Positions 11,037-23,870 of a stretch of 64,000 nt of DNA are shown one piece after another. A program made the translations under genes and the position numbers. The notes below the pieces were generated by a model, which was given only the letters and a program-made list of their open reading frames with translations, was not told where the DNA came from and did not search any database. Every line of letters starts with the position of its first letter. Within the stretch, counting starts at the first letter, position 1. Source of the stretch: Macrostomum lignano (taxonomy: Eukaryota); the NCBI GenBank assembly GCA_002269645.1, contig NIVC01000640.1, positions 62,001 to 126,000 of the forward strand, given 5' to 3'.

Positions 11037-14000
11037 TTAGAACACGCATCTGACTGCGGCAGCCACAGCAGCGCTGACTGCAAGGATAGCAGACGACCTG
11101 CAGTTGGCAGTCCCGATGGCTCCGTTGCCGCGGTTGACCCGGCCGACGCTGGCCCCGTATTCGTTTGTCTGGCCGGTTTCGTATCGACTCGATGACGAAG
11201 CGACTTCGCCGCCGCCCGGCGAAGCGACGGCTGGGGACAGCTCAACGTAGCTGCAGGTGTCGGGCAGCAGGAGCGAGTAGTATCTGGTTACTAGGCGGAT
11301 GCTGGAGCTGGGGCACAGATGTCGGTCGTTGATTAGAAGACGCTCAACGCATTCGACTACTTTTCGTCGGTCTCTGCGGGAAAAGGGAGCGTGTTGACAT
11401 CCAATTACCTGCAGTGCTAATTACCTGCAGTGCTAATTACCTGCAGTGCTAATTACCTGCAGTGCTAATTACCTGCAGTGCTAATTACCTGCAGTGCTAA
11501 TTACCTGCAGTGCTAATTACCTGCAGTGCTAATTACCTGCAGTGCTAATTACCTGCAGTGCTAATTACCTGCAGTGCTAATTACCTGCAGTGCTAATTAC
11601 CTGCAGTGCTAATTACCTGCAGTGCTAATTACCTGCAGTGCTAATTACCTGCAGTGCTAATTACCTGCAGTGCTAATTACCTGCAGTGCTAATTACCTGC
11701 AGTGCTAATTACCTGCAGTGCTAATTACCTGCAGTGCTAATTACCTGTTGTGCTAATTACCTGCAGTGCTAATTACCTGCAGTGCTAATTACCTGCAGCT
11801 CCAATTACCTGCGGTGCTAATTACCTGTTGTGCCAATTACCTGTTGTGCTAATTACCTGCAGTTCCAATTACCTGCAGTGCCAACTAGCTACCTGCAGAG
11901 ACAATTAGCTACCTGCAGAGACAATTAGCTACCTGTAGAGACAATTAGCTACCTGCAGAGACAATTAGCCAACTGCAGAGACAATTAACTACCTGTAGAG
12001 ACAATTAGCTACCTGCAGAGACAATTAGCTACCTACGGAGATAATTAGCTACCTTTAGAGACAATTAGCTACCTGTAGAGACAATTAGCTACCCGCAGAG
12101 ACAATTAGCTATCTGCAGAGACAATTAGCTACCTGTAGAGACAATTAGCTACCTGTAGAGACAATTAGCTACCTGCAGAGACAATTAGCTACCTGCAGAG
12201 ACAATTAGCTACCTGCAGAGACAATTAGCTACCTGTAGAGACAATTAACTACCTGCAGAGACAATTAGCTACCTGCATAGACAATTAGCTACCTGCAGAG
12301 ATAATTAGCTACTTGCAGAGACAATTAGCTACCTGTAAATACAATTAGCTACCTGTAGAGACAATTAGCTACCTGCAGAGACAATTAGCTACCTGCAGAG
12401 ACAATTAGCTACTTGCAGAGACAATTAGCTACCTGTAGAGACAATTAGCTACCTGTAGAGACAATTAGCTACTTGCAGAGACAATTAGCTACCTGCAGAG
12501 ACAATTAGCTACCTGTAGAGACAATTAGCTACCTGTAGAGACAATTAGCTACCTGCAGAGACAATTAGCTACCTGCAGAGACAATTAGCTACCTGCAGAG
12601 ACAATTAGCTACCTGTAGAGACAGTAGCCAACCAAGCAAAACAGGCAACTGTCACAGCGGACAATCGTGCTCAGTCAATTCTCGCGCAAAAACCGATACC
12701 AATACTCATTTTGTTCTACTAGAAGTAGGTAACTTAAAAAAAATAGTGAAGTTTTTTGCGTTTAGAGTTTTAACTGTATAAGTTTCATTTTAATATGAGC
12801 TGGATTGATAAAAAATGAGAATTTTTGACTGGATATTTTCGTCCGTTCTATAAAATAGTTTACCAGACTATTAGTGATAGAATAATTTGTAGTGAAATTT
12901 GGCTCTCTGCAACTCTCTGATCAAATGGTTGGGCATCGATTTCGACTTGGCCAAACGACTTGCTTCATCATCATTGCTGAGAGATAAAAAATAGCCGGGA
13001 CAGCCTATCTGGAGCTTTGCCCAGCCGAAATGACCTGCCCCAATGCCCCCTGAATCGGGTGAGATCGGTCAAGCGAGTCGAGTCCGAGACTTCTCCCGAG
13101 CACAGTCGGCATGAGGTCGTTTTCTTCCTCAGAAAGAAAGAACTTCCCCCCTAGGCAATCCTGCCCAGTTTCCTGTGGCAGTGAAATCTCATTTCCGACT
13201 GCTCCGGCTTTGCTCATCCTTGAGTCCGTTGTCGCAACTGCTGCGGCTGAGGTCAGAATTTTCGCGAGCAGCAGAATTTAAATTGATGGAAGCAGCGGCT
13301 TAAGTTTTACTGTCGTGTCTCAGGCTTATTAGGTAATTTGTACGCGAGCTTCACGAGGCTGTGGTTTGGTTGAGGCTGTGGTTGAGACTGTGGTTGAGAC
13401 TGTGGATGAGGCTGTGGTTGAGGCTGTGGTTGAGGCTGTGGTTGAGACTGTGGTTGAGGCTGTGGTTGAGGCTGTGGTTTAGGCTGTGGTTGAGGCTGTG
13501 GTTGAGGCTGTGGATGAGGCTGTGGTTGAGGCTGTGGTTGAGGCTGTGGTTGAGGCTGTGGTTGAGGCTGTGGTTGAGACTGTGGTTGAGACTGTGGTTG
13601 AGACTGTGGTTGAGGCTGTGGTTGAGACTGTGGATGAGGCTGTGGTTGAGGCTGTGGTTGAGGCTGTGGTTGAGACTGTGGTTGAGGCTGTGGTTGAGGC
13701 TGTGGTTGAGGCTGTGGTTGAGGCTGTGGTTGAGGCTGTGGATGAGGCTGTGGTTGAGGCTGTGGTTGAGGCTGTGGTTGAGGCTGTGGTTGAGGCTGTG
13801 GTTGAGACTGTGGTTGAGACTGTGGTTGAGACTGTGGTTGAGGCTGTGGTTGAGACTGTGGTTGAGGCTGTGGATGAGGGTTTGGTGTGGTTGAGACTGC
13901 AGTGTGGTTGAGGCTGCGGTGTAATTGAAGATGTGGTGTAATTGAAGCTGTGGTGTAATTGAAGCTGTGGTGTAATTGAAGCTGTGGTTGAGGCTGAGGC

Positions 14001-14712
14001 CGCAGAGAGCATGTGGGCACTCACGAGCAGAGCTTCTGCTTGATCTTGCGCTCCATGAAGAGCAGCATGGCGGCCTTGTCGGTGCGAATTCCCAGCGTGT
14101 CCTCCGACTGGTCATTAAGCGCGCTCTCGATATCCCTGTTGGCCGTTTTGATGGTGCTAGAGAATGAGTGCAGCCTGGCGCACGCCTTGGCCTCCTCTTG
14201 AAACTTTTCGAGGCAGCCGATGCTCTCTCCGAACACTGGCACAGGTATTTAAGTAGGTGCGAGCTGGTTGCATTCGTATGAAACATCATGAAAGTGTGCG
14301 GAAACATGAAATACTAACAAATAACTCACACTGAATGTTGCCCTCCTGACAGATGAAATCAGCCGCTCGTTCGTATCTTTTATAGTCCAGCACAGTTTGA
14401 ATGGTGAGAAAGTCCATCTTTTCCGCGCATCTCTGGTTGATCAAGTCGTGCAGGCACTTCAACAGTTTCACATGGCTTCGCAGTCTAAAAAAGATTTTTT
14501 AGTAGAAATAATGACAGTTTACATTGTACTTGCATAAATAATGTCCTGTTAGCCGCACCTGCACATGTCTTTCAGGCTAAAAGTCAGATTCCAGCCAAAA
14601 TTGTAGGAATTATCGAATAGATTAGCTCCTTGGTAGCGGCGGCTGCACTCGCTCCAGTAGCTGCCGATTTCGCACGATGCTGCACTGGTTGGGACCATAA
14701 AAGAAAGGCAGC
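11037..14712 (-). CDS. Cys-rich alpha-helical protein, probably secreted/GPI-anchored (5'-partial model: exons 14712-14559, 14484-14330, 14235-14025, 11373-11037)
   Basis: All three introns are GT-AG and phase-matched (2,1,2). Joined protein of about 285 aa: CLSFMVPTSAASCEIGSYWSECSRRY...DMC|RLRSHVKLLKCLHDLINQRC...FICQEGNIQ|LFGESIGCLEKFQEEAKAC...KQKLC|SDRRKVVECVERLLINDRHLC...PDTC...GAIGTANCRSSAILAVSAAVAAAVRCVF*. The C-terminus is small-residue plus hydrophobic, like a GPI signal. Cys spacing is reminiscent of DUF19-type domains (inference). The signal-peptide exon was not located. Confidence 0.75.
11400..12625. repeat. Intronic two-part satellite: 16-bp (TAATTACCTGCAGTGC)n at 11400-11880 grading into 20-bp (ACAATTAGCTACCTGCAGAG)n at 11881-12625
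   Basis: Direct reading; about 30 plus 37 units. Confidence 0.96.
13357..13995. repeat. 12-bp (GAGGCTGTGGTT)n array ending in a few 17-bp units
   Basis: Direct reading; lies in the last intron of the 11037-14712 gene. Confidence 0.95.
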
Positions 14713-14819
14713 CTGAAAGTTATGGGCTATTGTTGTAAGATTGGACTAGTTTTTTGTTAAGAAGTAACGGACTGTTTAAGCCTAAAAGCATCTGCTCTTT
14801 CCCTGACCCTACTCGCTCA

Positions 14820-15210
14820 CTGATTGGCTACCCATCGAGTGGGGAAACCCACTGAGCTAATTGGCTGGAGCTTGAATGCTGCAACCCTATCTGCCCGCAA
14901 TGTATTTTCGTTTCCTGCTCGCTCGCTAATTGGCTGGAGCTTAAATACTGTAACCCTAACTGCTCGCAATATATTTTCGTCCCCTGCTCGCTCGCTGATT
15001 GGCTAGAGCTTGAATGCTGCAACCCTAACAGCTCGCAATGTATTTTCGTCCCCTGCTCGCTCGCTGATTGGCTGGAGCTTGAATGCTGCAACCCTAACTG
15101 CTCGCAATGTGTTTACATCCCCTGCTCGCTCGCTGATTGGCTGGAGCTTGGATGCTGCAACCTCAACTGCTCGCAATATATTTTCGCCCCCTGCTCGCTC
15201 GCAGATTGGT
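14820..15210. repeat. 69-bp minisatellite, about 5 diverged copies
   Basis: 23-aa periodicity (NAATLTARNVFSSPARSLIGWSL) in the ORF track. Confidence 0.88.
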
Positions 15211-16009
15211 TCGAGTTTGAATATTGCAGTACATATTATTTTTTTTCTAATAATAATAAGCTGCATAAATTCACTACTTTTAATATTCTGGCAATGAATT
15301 ACTTGCTATAATTGGCCAAGGCAGTACGGAATAAATAGAAAAAGGATACTATATCCAGCCCCAATTCACTGACTCTGATAAATAATTCTCCCCAGAATTT
15401 TATTAACTAAACAGCCGATGCAAATTTCAATTCTTTTGCTTCTACGCTCGTAGAGATGCGCCGGCAAGAGTCAGCAGGAAAGAGTGCGAATTTTGGTGAA
15501 TAGAAAATTACGCGCTTAGCGGGGCAGAGATAAGCTCCACCGCCACTCAGCAGCTCTGCCTCTCTCTGTCACGCCCAACTGTAAGGTATGTCAGAGGGGG
15601 ATACGGGGAATAAGGGGAGCTGTCACGGAGTTTAGCAGGAGGCCAAGAGGGCCAAATGGGTGCAGAGAGGCGGCAGGGCCCGTGTCACCCTGCGACTAAT
15701 TAATACTTCCTGCAGCGAGGTCGCCCGCGCAGCTTGCGCTCCCGCCTCTGCCTCTGCCTGTGTCGAAGTCGCCTTGTTCTGCCGACTAAGCCCGCCTCTT
15801 TAAACTAAATAGAAGTACGAAGCGATCTTAAAATTTCTAGTTGTAGTCAGATTAAACAGTGAAGGCAAAGTTCACCTTGAGAACATGCTTTTCTGGCTTA
15901 TTAAAGTCAACGATGAATAATGATAGATAAGTGAGAGATCCACTGCCAGCCAGGGTTCAAACAATTGCACTGACTGAGCACACAAAGGAGAGGTCGTTAT
16001 ATGGTTGAG

Positions 16010-17218
16010 GCTATAGTGTGGTTGAGGCTGTTGTGTGGTTGAGGCTGTGGTGTGGTTGAGGCTGTGGTGTGGTTGAGGCTGTGGTGTGGTTGAGGCTGTT
16101 GTGTGGTTGAGGCTGTTGTGTGGTTGAGGCTGTGGTGTGGTTGATGCTGTGGTGTGGTTGAGGCTGTGGTGTGGTTGAGGCTGTGGTGTGGTTGAGGCTG
16201 TGGTGTGGTTGAGGCTGTGGTGTGGTTGAGGCTGTTGTGTGGTTGAGGCTGTGGTGTGGTTGAGGCTGTGGTGTGGTTGAGGCTGTGGTGTGGTTGAGGC
16301 TGTTGTGTGGTTGAGGCTGTGGTGTGGTTGATGCTGTGGTGTGATTGAGGCTGTAGTGTGGTTGAGGCTGTGGTGTGGTTGAGGCTGTGGTGTGGTTGAG
16401 GCTGTGGTGTGGTTGAGGCTGTGGTGTGGTTGAGGCTGTGGTGTGATTGAGGCTGTGGTGTGGTTGAGGCTGTGGTGTGGTTGAGGCTGTGGTGTGGTTG
16501 AGGCTGTGGTGTGGTTGATGCTGTGGTGTGATTGAGGCTGTGGTGTGGTTGAGGCTGTGGTGTGGTTGAGGCTGTGGTGTGGTTGAGGCTGTGGTGTGGT
16601 TGAGGCTGTGGTGTGGTTGAGGCTGTGGTGTGGTTGAGGCTGTTGTGTGGTTGAGGCTGTGGTGTGGTTGAGGCTGTGGTGTGGTTGAGGCTGTTGTGTG
16701 GTTGAGGCTGTGGTGTGGTTGAGGCTGTTGTGTGGTTGAGGCTGTTGTGTGGTTGAGGCTGTGGTGTGGTTGAGGCCGTGGTGTGATTGAGGCTGTGGTG
16801 TGGTTGAGGCTGTGGTTGAGGCTGTTGTTTAGGCTGTGGTTGAGGCTGTGGATGAGGCTGTGGATGAGACTGTGGTTGAGGCTGTGGTTGAGGCTGTGGT
16901 TGAGGCTGTGGTTGAGGCTGTGGTTGAGGCTGTGGTTGAGGCTGTGGTTGAGGCTGTGGTTGAGGCTGTGGTTGAGGCTGTGGTTGAGGCTGTGGTTGAG
17001 GCTGTGGTTGAGGCTGTGGTTGAGGCTGTGGTTGAGGCTGTTGTTGAGGCTGTGGTTGAGGCTGTGGTTGAGGCTGTGGTTGAGGCTGTGGTTGAGGCTG
17101 TGGTTGAGGCTGTGGTTGAGGCTGTGGTTGAGGCTGTGGTTGAGGCTGTGGTTGAGGCTGTGGTTGAGGCTGTGGTTGAGGCTGTGGTTGAGGCTGTGGT
17201 TGAGGCTGTGGTTGAGGC
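16010..17218. repeat. 17-bp (GAGGCTGTGGTGTGGTT)n at 16010-16800 followed by 12-bp (GAGGCTGTGGTT)n at 16800-17218
   Basis: Direct reading; same family as 13357-13995. Confidence 0.96.
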
Positions 17219-17819
17219 CCAGTGAACAAATGACAGGCATAGGGTATCTGGGAGGACTGATCGACAGACTAGCCACGGAATGACTGTACAATTACTGTTC
17301 TACCATTGTACTAATACTTTCAGTTTTAAAGAAAATAATTTCAGAACAGGTAAAAGCTTTACAGCTAGGAGGCTTTATTAGGAGCCGGGGCTGGCGGAAG
17401 CAGCAATCAGGACAAACATGTTGCAATAGTTTTAGTTAAAAATTCAACAGCTTCTTGTAACTTCGCTTGTAGGCGACGTTTAAGCAGAGAAATTTCGATG
17501 CAGGCGTTCCAGCTTCCCTAATTCTTGCCGCACAGCAATAGCGGAGAGATTAAAGCTGATTCCCTCCAAGCAATGCAGGAGCGCAAAGTCCCGGATTTGG
17601 GCGGCTTCCACCGTCGCCTCTGCATGCGGGACAAAAACTGTCAGACAGGAAACTGACAGACAGGCTCTGTTCCCCTTATCAATCTGCTGCCATCTGGCGG
17701 CCCCCGCCTGTTTTATTTAAATCAAAATTGCTGACTGCTTCACTGTGCTGACTCTATCTAGTGGAATGTGTCAGTTTGATGTCATCTTTTGTCATCAGTG
17801 TCTTTGACACCGCCTGTCA

Positions 17820-18450
17820 TGTCTTCTCTACCCTCTGCCATCACCTACCTTGCCTTCTCTACTCCTTCTGCTATCATCTACCCTGCCTTCTCTACCCCTC
17901 TGCCATCATCTACCCTACCTTATCTACCCCTTCTGCCATCATCTACCTTGACTTCTCTACCCCTCTGCCATCATCTACCTTGCCTTCTCTACTCATTCTG
18001 CTATCACCTACCCTGCCTTCTCTACCCCTTCTGCCATGATCTACCCTGCCTTCTCTACCCCTCTGTCATCATCTACCCTGCCTTCTCTACCCCTCCGCCT
18101 CCATCTACCCTGCCTTCTCTACCCCTCTGCCATCATCTACCCTGCCTTCTCTACCCCTCTGCCATCATCTACCCTGCCTTCTCTACCCCTCCGCCTCCAT
18201 CTACCCTGCCTTCTCTACCCCTCTGCCATCATCTACCCTGCCTTCTCTACCCCTCCGCCTCCATCTACCCTGCCTTCTCTACCCCTCTGCCATAATCTAT
18301 CTTGCCTTCTCTACCCTCCGCCTCCATCTACATTTTCTCTACCCCTCTAGCCATCAGCTACCCATACCTTCTCTACCCCTATAGCCATCAGCTACCCATA
18401 CCTTCTCTACCCCTATAGCCATCAGCTACCCATGCCTTCTCTACCTCTCC
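17820..18450. repeat. About 32-bp minisatellite (CTACCCTGCCTTCTCTACCCCTCTGCCATCAT)n
   Basis: Direct reading. Confidence 0.9.
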
Positions 18451-20364
18451 CATCTTTCCCAATAAATCTGGTTTGCCCCTCTTCCTCTAATCTCTGACTT
18501 CCTCTCCTATTCTCTCATTGAGTCTCGCCCTCGATATCCCAAAATCGGACTCCACTTCTCCATCCAATCCCTCCCAAAAAGTGACCCCGCAGCGCAGCCC
18601 TCCTCCTCATTCCCCAGTCTCCTAAGCTGTCGCCGCATCAAATTGAGTTTCTGTTCGCGCGATCTCGGCGGCTCCCTCCCCAAACAGCAGCAGCAGCTTC
18701 TTAATTGGTGACTAACCCCCTGCACCGGCGCCCTCAGGACTAATTCCTTGGGGGCTTGTCTGGTCCTGAGTTCCCCATCTGCGACAAGTGGTCTCAAAGC
18801 GTCCTCTTGCTGCAACTCTTAATTCCCAGCAGCTGCCTCTGCCGTCCCCACTTTTCCCATCTCTCTCTCTCCTAGTTCCCACCCTCTCTTGCGGATCCCC
18901 AACCCATTGGGAGCTAAATGAGGCGATGAAGTTTAATTGACCAGGGCCGGCTGAAGTCTGGGCAACCCCCCTCCCCCTCCTTGGGCCCCACTACTCCTCC
19001 TCGGGCTCATTTTGTTTTTATGGCCAGAGCGGAAAAGAATCGATTTAACTTTTTGAACAGAAATCCGAGCGGTTGAAGCAGACAGACAGGCCAGGGCTGA
19101 AAAAGTTGCGAAATAGAATGAAAAAATCTGCTTTCCACTGCAGAAGCTTCTAAACCGAAACTGCCTGCTCAACAAGGGATAAAATCCCACTGCAGAGATA
19201 AGGGCACAGCGCGACGGGAAAAACACAGAGAAAAGCGAGCGTGCAAGATAAGATGGAACGAGAAGGAGGCGCTGCTTTTAAAAGCGACCAGGCCCAAGTC
19301 AGGCAAAGTCAAGGCCGGAGCAAAGGAATGATACTGTGAAAAGTTAAAGAGGAGGGGCCTCTTTGTATGACGCGACGCGTGCAGCGCCGCTCTCCAATTC
19401 TGAAAGCCACTCTCCGCCTTTAAAAAGCCAGGGAGATGGGGGGAGGTTTTTCTTGCTGCATTTCTTCTTCTGCTGGCTCCTATAGAAAAGTACCGCGGCC
19501 TTCCTCCTCCGAAATCCGATCCCAGCCTGGCGGGCTCGGAGTGATGGAGCTCCCAGCCTCCCGGGTGGCGATAAAAAGCAGTTGGGGGGATCGGGATGGG
19601 GTGAAACACTGACGACTGAAAGCAGATCAGCGGCCCTCATTAGCACTTAGCTGCCACCACCGTTTTTCTTCCTCTTGCTCCTATTCTGGGCTTGCGTCTC
19701 AGCTTTCTCCGGCTCGACAACGACCTGAGACAGCTGACTGGGGCGGAGGGAGAATTCAAGAAGAAGAAGGACTGGGACACTGGATGGCCAGAGCACTTTC
19801 AAATCCGATTCTCAATACAAAGCTGGCGCACGCCAGTCGGAAACATGTCCAATAGAATTTCACAGTCCATCGCTCACAGCTTGAGGACAAGGCGGCAGAT
19901 CTCGTCTCTGATGCTCTCTATCTCATTTCTGTCGCAGCTCCATCGGACCGCATTGATCAGCTTGCAATTCCTTTTGTGTAGCAGGCAGAAGTTCAGACGG
20001 GGTTGGGATTAGTTCTTTGATTTCCGTTCATGTCCCCTCGAAAATCGAAATCGAAAACGTTTCGAGCGTCTTGGAACTTTGCAGCAACTATGCGCTTGTT
20101 GTGTTCTTGTCGGGTGTTCGAGAGCTCTGATGAAATCCGGCTGACGGTTTCCTGGAAAATTCCGATCAGCGCGCACGCACAAGGCTGGCGGAGGTTTGAC
20201 ACAACTTCGCTTTCGGCAGGGACTATTGGGGCGGGTATGTTATTAACCTCAAATGCTTGGTTTTAAATGCCAGAGGCTTCAGCTCAAACATTTGTCTTTC
20301 TCTCGTCTCTGCAGATATCGGCTCTTTCTGTTCAATGCAATTCTCTCGCTTTTTCTTGCTCTCT

Positions 20365-21010
20365 CCTTCAGTATCTCACTGTGTCTCTTTCAGTGTCTCG
20401 CCCTCTACCTCTCTTAATATCTCACCCTGTCTCTCTCCGTATCCCACCCTGTCTCTCTCCGTATCTCACCCTGCCTCTCTCAATACCTTACTCTGTCTCT
20501 CTTAGTATCTCATCATGTCTCTCTCAGTATCTCACCCTGTCTCTCTCAGAGTATTTCAGCCTGTCTCTCTCAGTATCTCACCTTGCCTCTCTCTCAGTAT
20601 CTCACCCTGTCTCTCTCTCAGTACCTCACCCTGTCTCTCTCAGAGCATCTCAGCCTGTCTCTCAGTATCCCACCTCTTCTCTCTCAGTATCTCACCTTGC
20701 CTCGTCTCTCTCAGTATCTCACCCTGTCTCTCTCTTAGTATCTCACCTTGCCTCGTCTCTCTCAGTATCTCACCCTGTCTCTCTTTTAGTATCTCACCTT
20801 GCCTCGTCTCTCTCAGTATCTCACCCTGTCTCTCTCTCTTAGTATCTCACCTTGCCTCTCTCTCAGTATCTCACCCTGTCTCTCTCTCAGTATCTCACCC
20901 TGTCTCTCTCAGAGTATCTCAACCTGTCTCTCTCAGTATCTCACATTGCCTCTCTCTCAGTATCTCAGCCTCTTTCAATATCTTACCGTGCATCTCTCAG
21001 TATCTCACCA
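20365..21010. repeat. Degenerate 22-24-bp pyrimidine-rich minisatellite (CTCTCTCAGTATCTCACCCTGT)n
   Basis: Direct reading. Confidence 0.88.
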
Positions 21011-21879
21011 TGTCTCTCTCAGTATGTTTTTGCGCCATTTCTCAACCTCTGCATATCCGCGTCTCTTCTATAGTCTCAACCAGTCTCTCAACCCCACTCT
21101 TGTGATCATCTTCAGATGGTTTAAGATGCTAGATAATTTTAATTAGGTTAACTTTAATAACCTAAATAAAGAAAGTTATAGTTGAAACATTCGCGGTTTC
21201 ACCTGGCACAGGAACTGCCAACTGCAGAAGCCATTACACCTGAGTAGAACTCACTGCTCAGGTGTGAGTAAGCGAGTGACGAGTTGGGCGATCGAGTGCT
21301 AGCGACAGCCAAGTCTGAGAAGCGACAGACTCGGTGAAAGTAACCTAGCTCCTATTTGCGATCTAGCTTTAAGCCAAGGCAGGCTGGGAGAGTTTCGGCC
21401 AAGGAAACTCAGGAAAATCAATCTCGCGGTTGAGCAGTCCTACTCCGCCTCCTCCTTCACTGCGATGTACCCCCCCCCCGCGACGCCCTTGACAAGCCGG
21501 TCAGTTAACAAGCTGTGACAGGTGGCCGCTTGAGTCCTTGAAGCCGGACTGCTGGGGCTGGGCGGGCTGGATCTGTTTAAGCCTGCATGGCTTTTGCTGT
21601 CTCAACGGAGGCGCCGGGCGCGAGGCTTCCGGGAGTCGCCGTTAATCAAGTTAATCACCGGGCCTTGGCCGGTGCCTGGCCGATCTCACTATGCAAATTC
21701 TGGGCAGCTCTGCACTGGATTGAGAGGCCGGAGTAAATGGAGGGGAGTGGCGAGGGGGCTGGAGGTGACGAATTCTGGAGTGCTTGCGCATTCTGTAGGG
21801 GCTGAGCTAGTTTATCAGGCTGGCAGGCCAGCAATGATGTAAAAAGGCTGCTTGCCTATTGAGAGGTGAGCGCTGGGTC

Positions 21880-22790
21880 ACACTGTTAGGTCAAGTCTGG
21901 GTCAATTTACTTCAAATCTAGGTCATCTGGGTCACCTGGGTCACAGCGCTTCAACTCTGGGTCACCTGAGAATATTGATTCTATTCTGGGTCATCTAGGT
22001 CAGCTATATCACAGTGCTTCAAATCTGGGTCATCTGGGTCACCTGGGTCACAGCGCTTCAACTCTGGGTCACCTGAGAATATTGCTTCAATTCTGGGTCA
22101 TCTAGGTCAGCTATATCACAGTGCTTCAAATCTGGGTCACCTGGGTCACCTGGATCACAGCGCTTCAACTCTGGGTCACCTGTGAATATTGCTTCCATTC
22201 TGGGTCATCTATGTCAGCTATATCACAGTGCTTCAAATCGGGGTCACCTGGGTCACCTGGATCACAGCGCTTCAACTCTGGGTCACCTGTGATTATTGCT
22301 TCCATTCTGGGTCATCTAGGTCAGCTATATCACAGTGCTTCAAATCGGGGTCACCTGGGTCACCTGGATCACAGCGCTTCAACTCTGGGTCACCTGTGAT
22401 TATTGCTTCCATTCTGGGTCATCTAGGTCAGCTATATCACAGTGCTTCAAATCTGGGTCACCTGGGTTACATTTCTTCAAACCTGGGTAACAGTGCTTCA
22501 AAATAATGGGTCATCTGGGTCACCTGGGTCACATTGCTTTCAAATCTGGGTCACCTGGGTCAAATTTATATTTCTTCAAATAAGGGTCACCTGGGTCATC
22601 TGGGTCACAGTGCTTCAAATCTGGGTCATCTGGGTCATCTGGGTCACAGTGCTTCAAATCTGGGTCATCTGGGTCATCTGGGTCACAGTGCTTCAAATCT
22701 GGGTCATCTGGGTCATCTGGGTCACAGTGCTTCAAATCTGGGTCATCTGGATCATCTGGGTCACAGTGCTTCAAATCTGGGTCACAGAAC
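21880..22790. repeat. Higher-order satellite built on CTGGGTCA(C/T) 9-mers: about 107-bp units then 39-bp units
   Basis: TTCTGGGTCATCTA(G/T)GTCAG recurs about every 107 bp from 21984 to 22413; later (CTGGGTCAT)2CTGGGTCACAGTGCTTCAAAT units. Confidence 0.88.
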
Positions 22791-23444
22791 TTTTAACTAT
22801 GGGTCGCACTGCAAGTTCAAGTCTGAGTACATATGGGTCACAGTAATTTAAAAGTGGGTCACGCTGTTTTCATTCTGGGTCATAGTGCTTGAAAGTGGTT
22901 CTCAGTAAAATGCATATCAGCAGATAGTAAGGCCTGTTTGCTGCTGGCAGGGCAAGCACACAGTAATTTAAGAACCCGACAGACAGGAGAAGAAGCGGGC
23001 AGGCAGGCAGATAAATAATCTTCTGCAAGCACACCTGTTTTTGTGTGAGAACCCCCATCCCACTCAGGCTCTCGGAAAAGGCGCAGTTTTCTTGTGGGAG
23101 CACAATTAGGGTATCGCATTCCGCCCCTCTCTCTCTGCCCGCATGGAACTTCCCGATCTTCGGGCCAGTAAGTGGAAGAGAGAGAGGGTAATTGGATAAA
23201 AATTAAGGAAATTGGGGAGAGAGAGAAAGAGGACATGGGAACCGCCTCATCCCTGAGGCAAGAGGATGGCGGAGAGGACCTCAGCCTCTCTGAGCAGACT
23301 GGAAACGGTTCTGCACCCTCTGGTGCTCTCTGCACACTTTTGTGCTGAACGCTGAGCACTTTGTTGGCTGCTCACTGATTGTGTGCCTGATTATTCAGCC
23401 GGCTGCTCAATGTCGAAACTTTTCTAATCCCCATCCTGATAGAT

Positions 23445-23870
23445 CGGGGAATTCTAATCCTAATCCAAATATCCCGGGGAGTTCTAATCCTAATCTAGAT
23501 AGTCTGGGGAATTCTAATCCTAATTCAAATATCCCGGGGAGTTCTAATCCTAATCTAGATAGTCTGGGGAATTCTAATCCTAATCCAAATATCCCGGGGA
23601 GTTCCAATCCTAATCCAGATAGCCCGAGGAATTCTAATCCTAATCCAGATAGCCCGGGAGTTCTAATCCTAATTCAAATAAGCCTGGGAAATTCTAATCC
23701 TAATCCAAATATCCCGGGGAGTTCTAATCCTAATCCAGATAGCCCGGGGAGTTCTAATCCTAATCCAGATAGCCCGGGGAGTTCTAATCCTAATCCATAT
23801 AGCCTGGAAAATTCTAATCCTAATCCAGATAGCCCGGGGAATTCTAATCCCTACCTTGATAGCACCTGGG
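23445..23870. repeat. 30-bp minisatellite (GGGAATTCTAATCCTAATCCAGATAGCCCG)n
   Basis: Direct reading; 10-aa periodic ORF. Confidence 0.92.

Noticed and set aside
13307-17291. Poly-QP, HSLN and VVEA ORFs resembling mucins or extensins
   Set aside because: All frames of a 12/17-bp satellite; the left array lies in a phase-consistent intron.
18500-20300. Several 70-150-aa ORFs as a retroelement or gene
   Set aside because: No RT, gag or other recognisable motifs, and no consistent splice model could be built.
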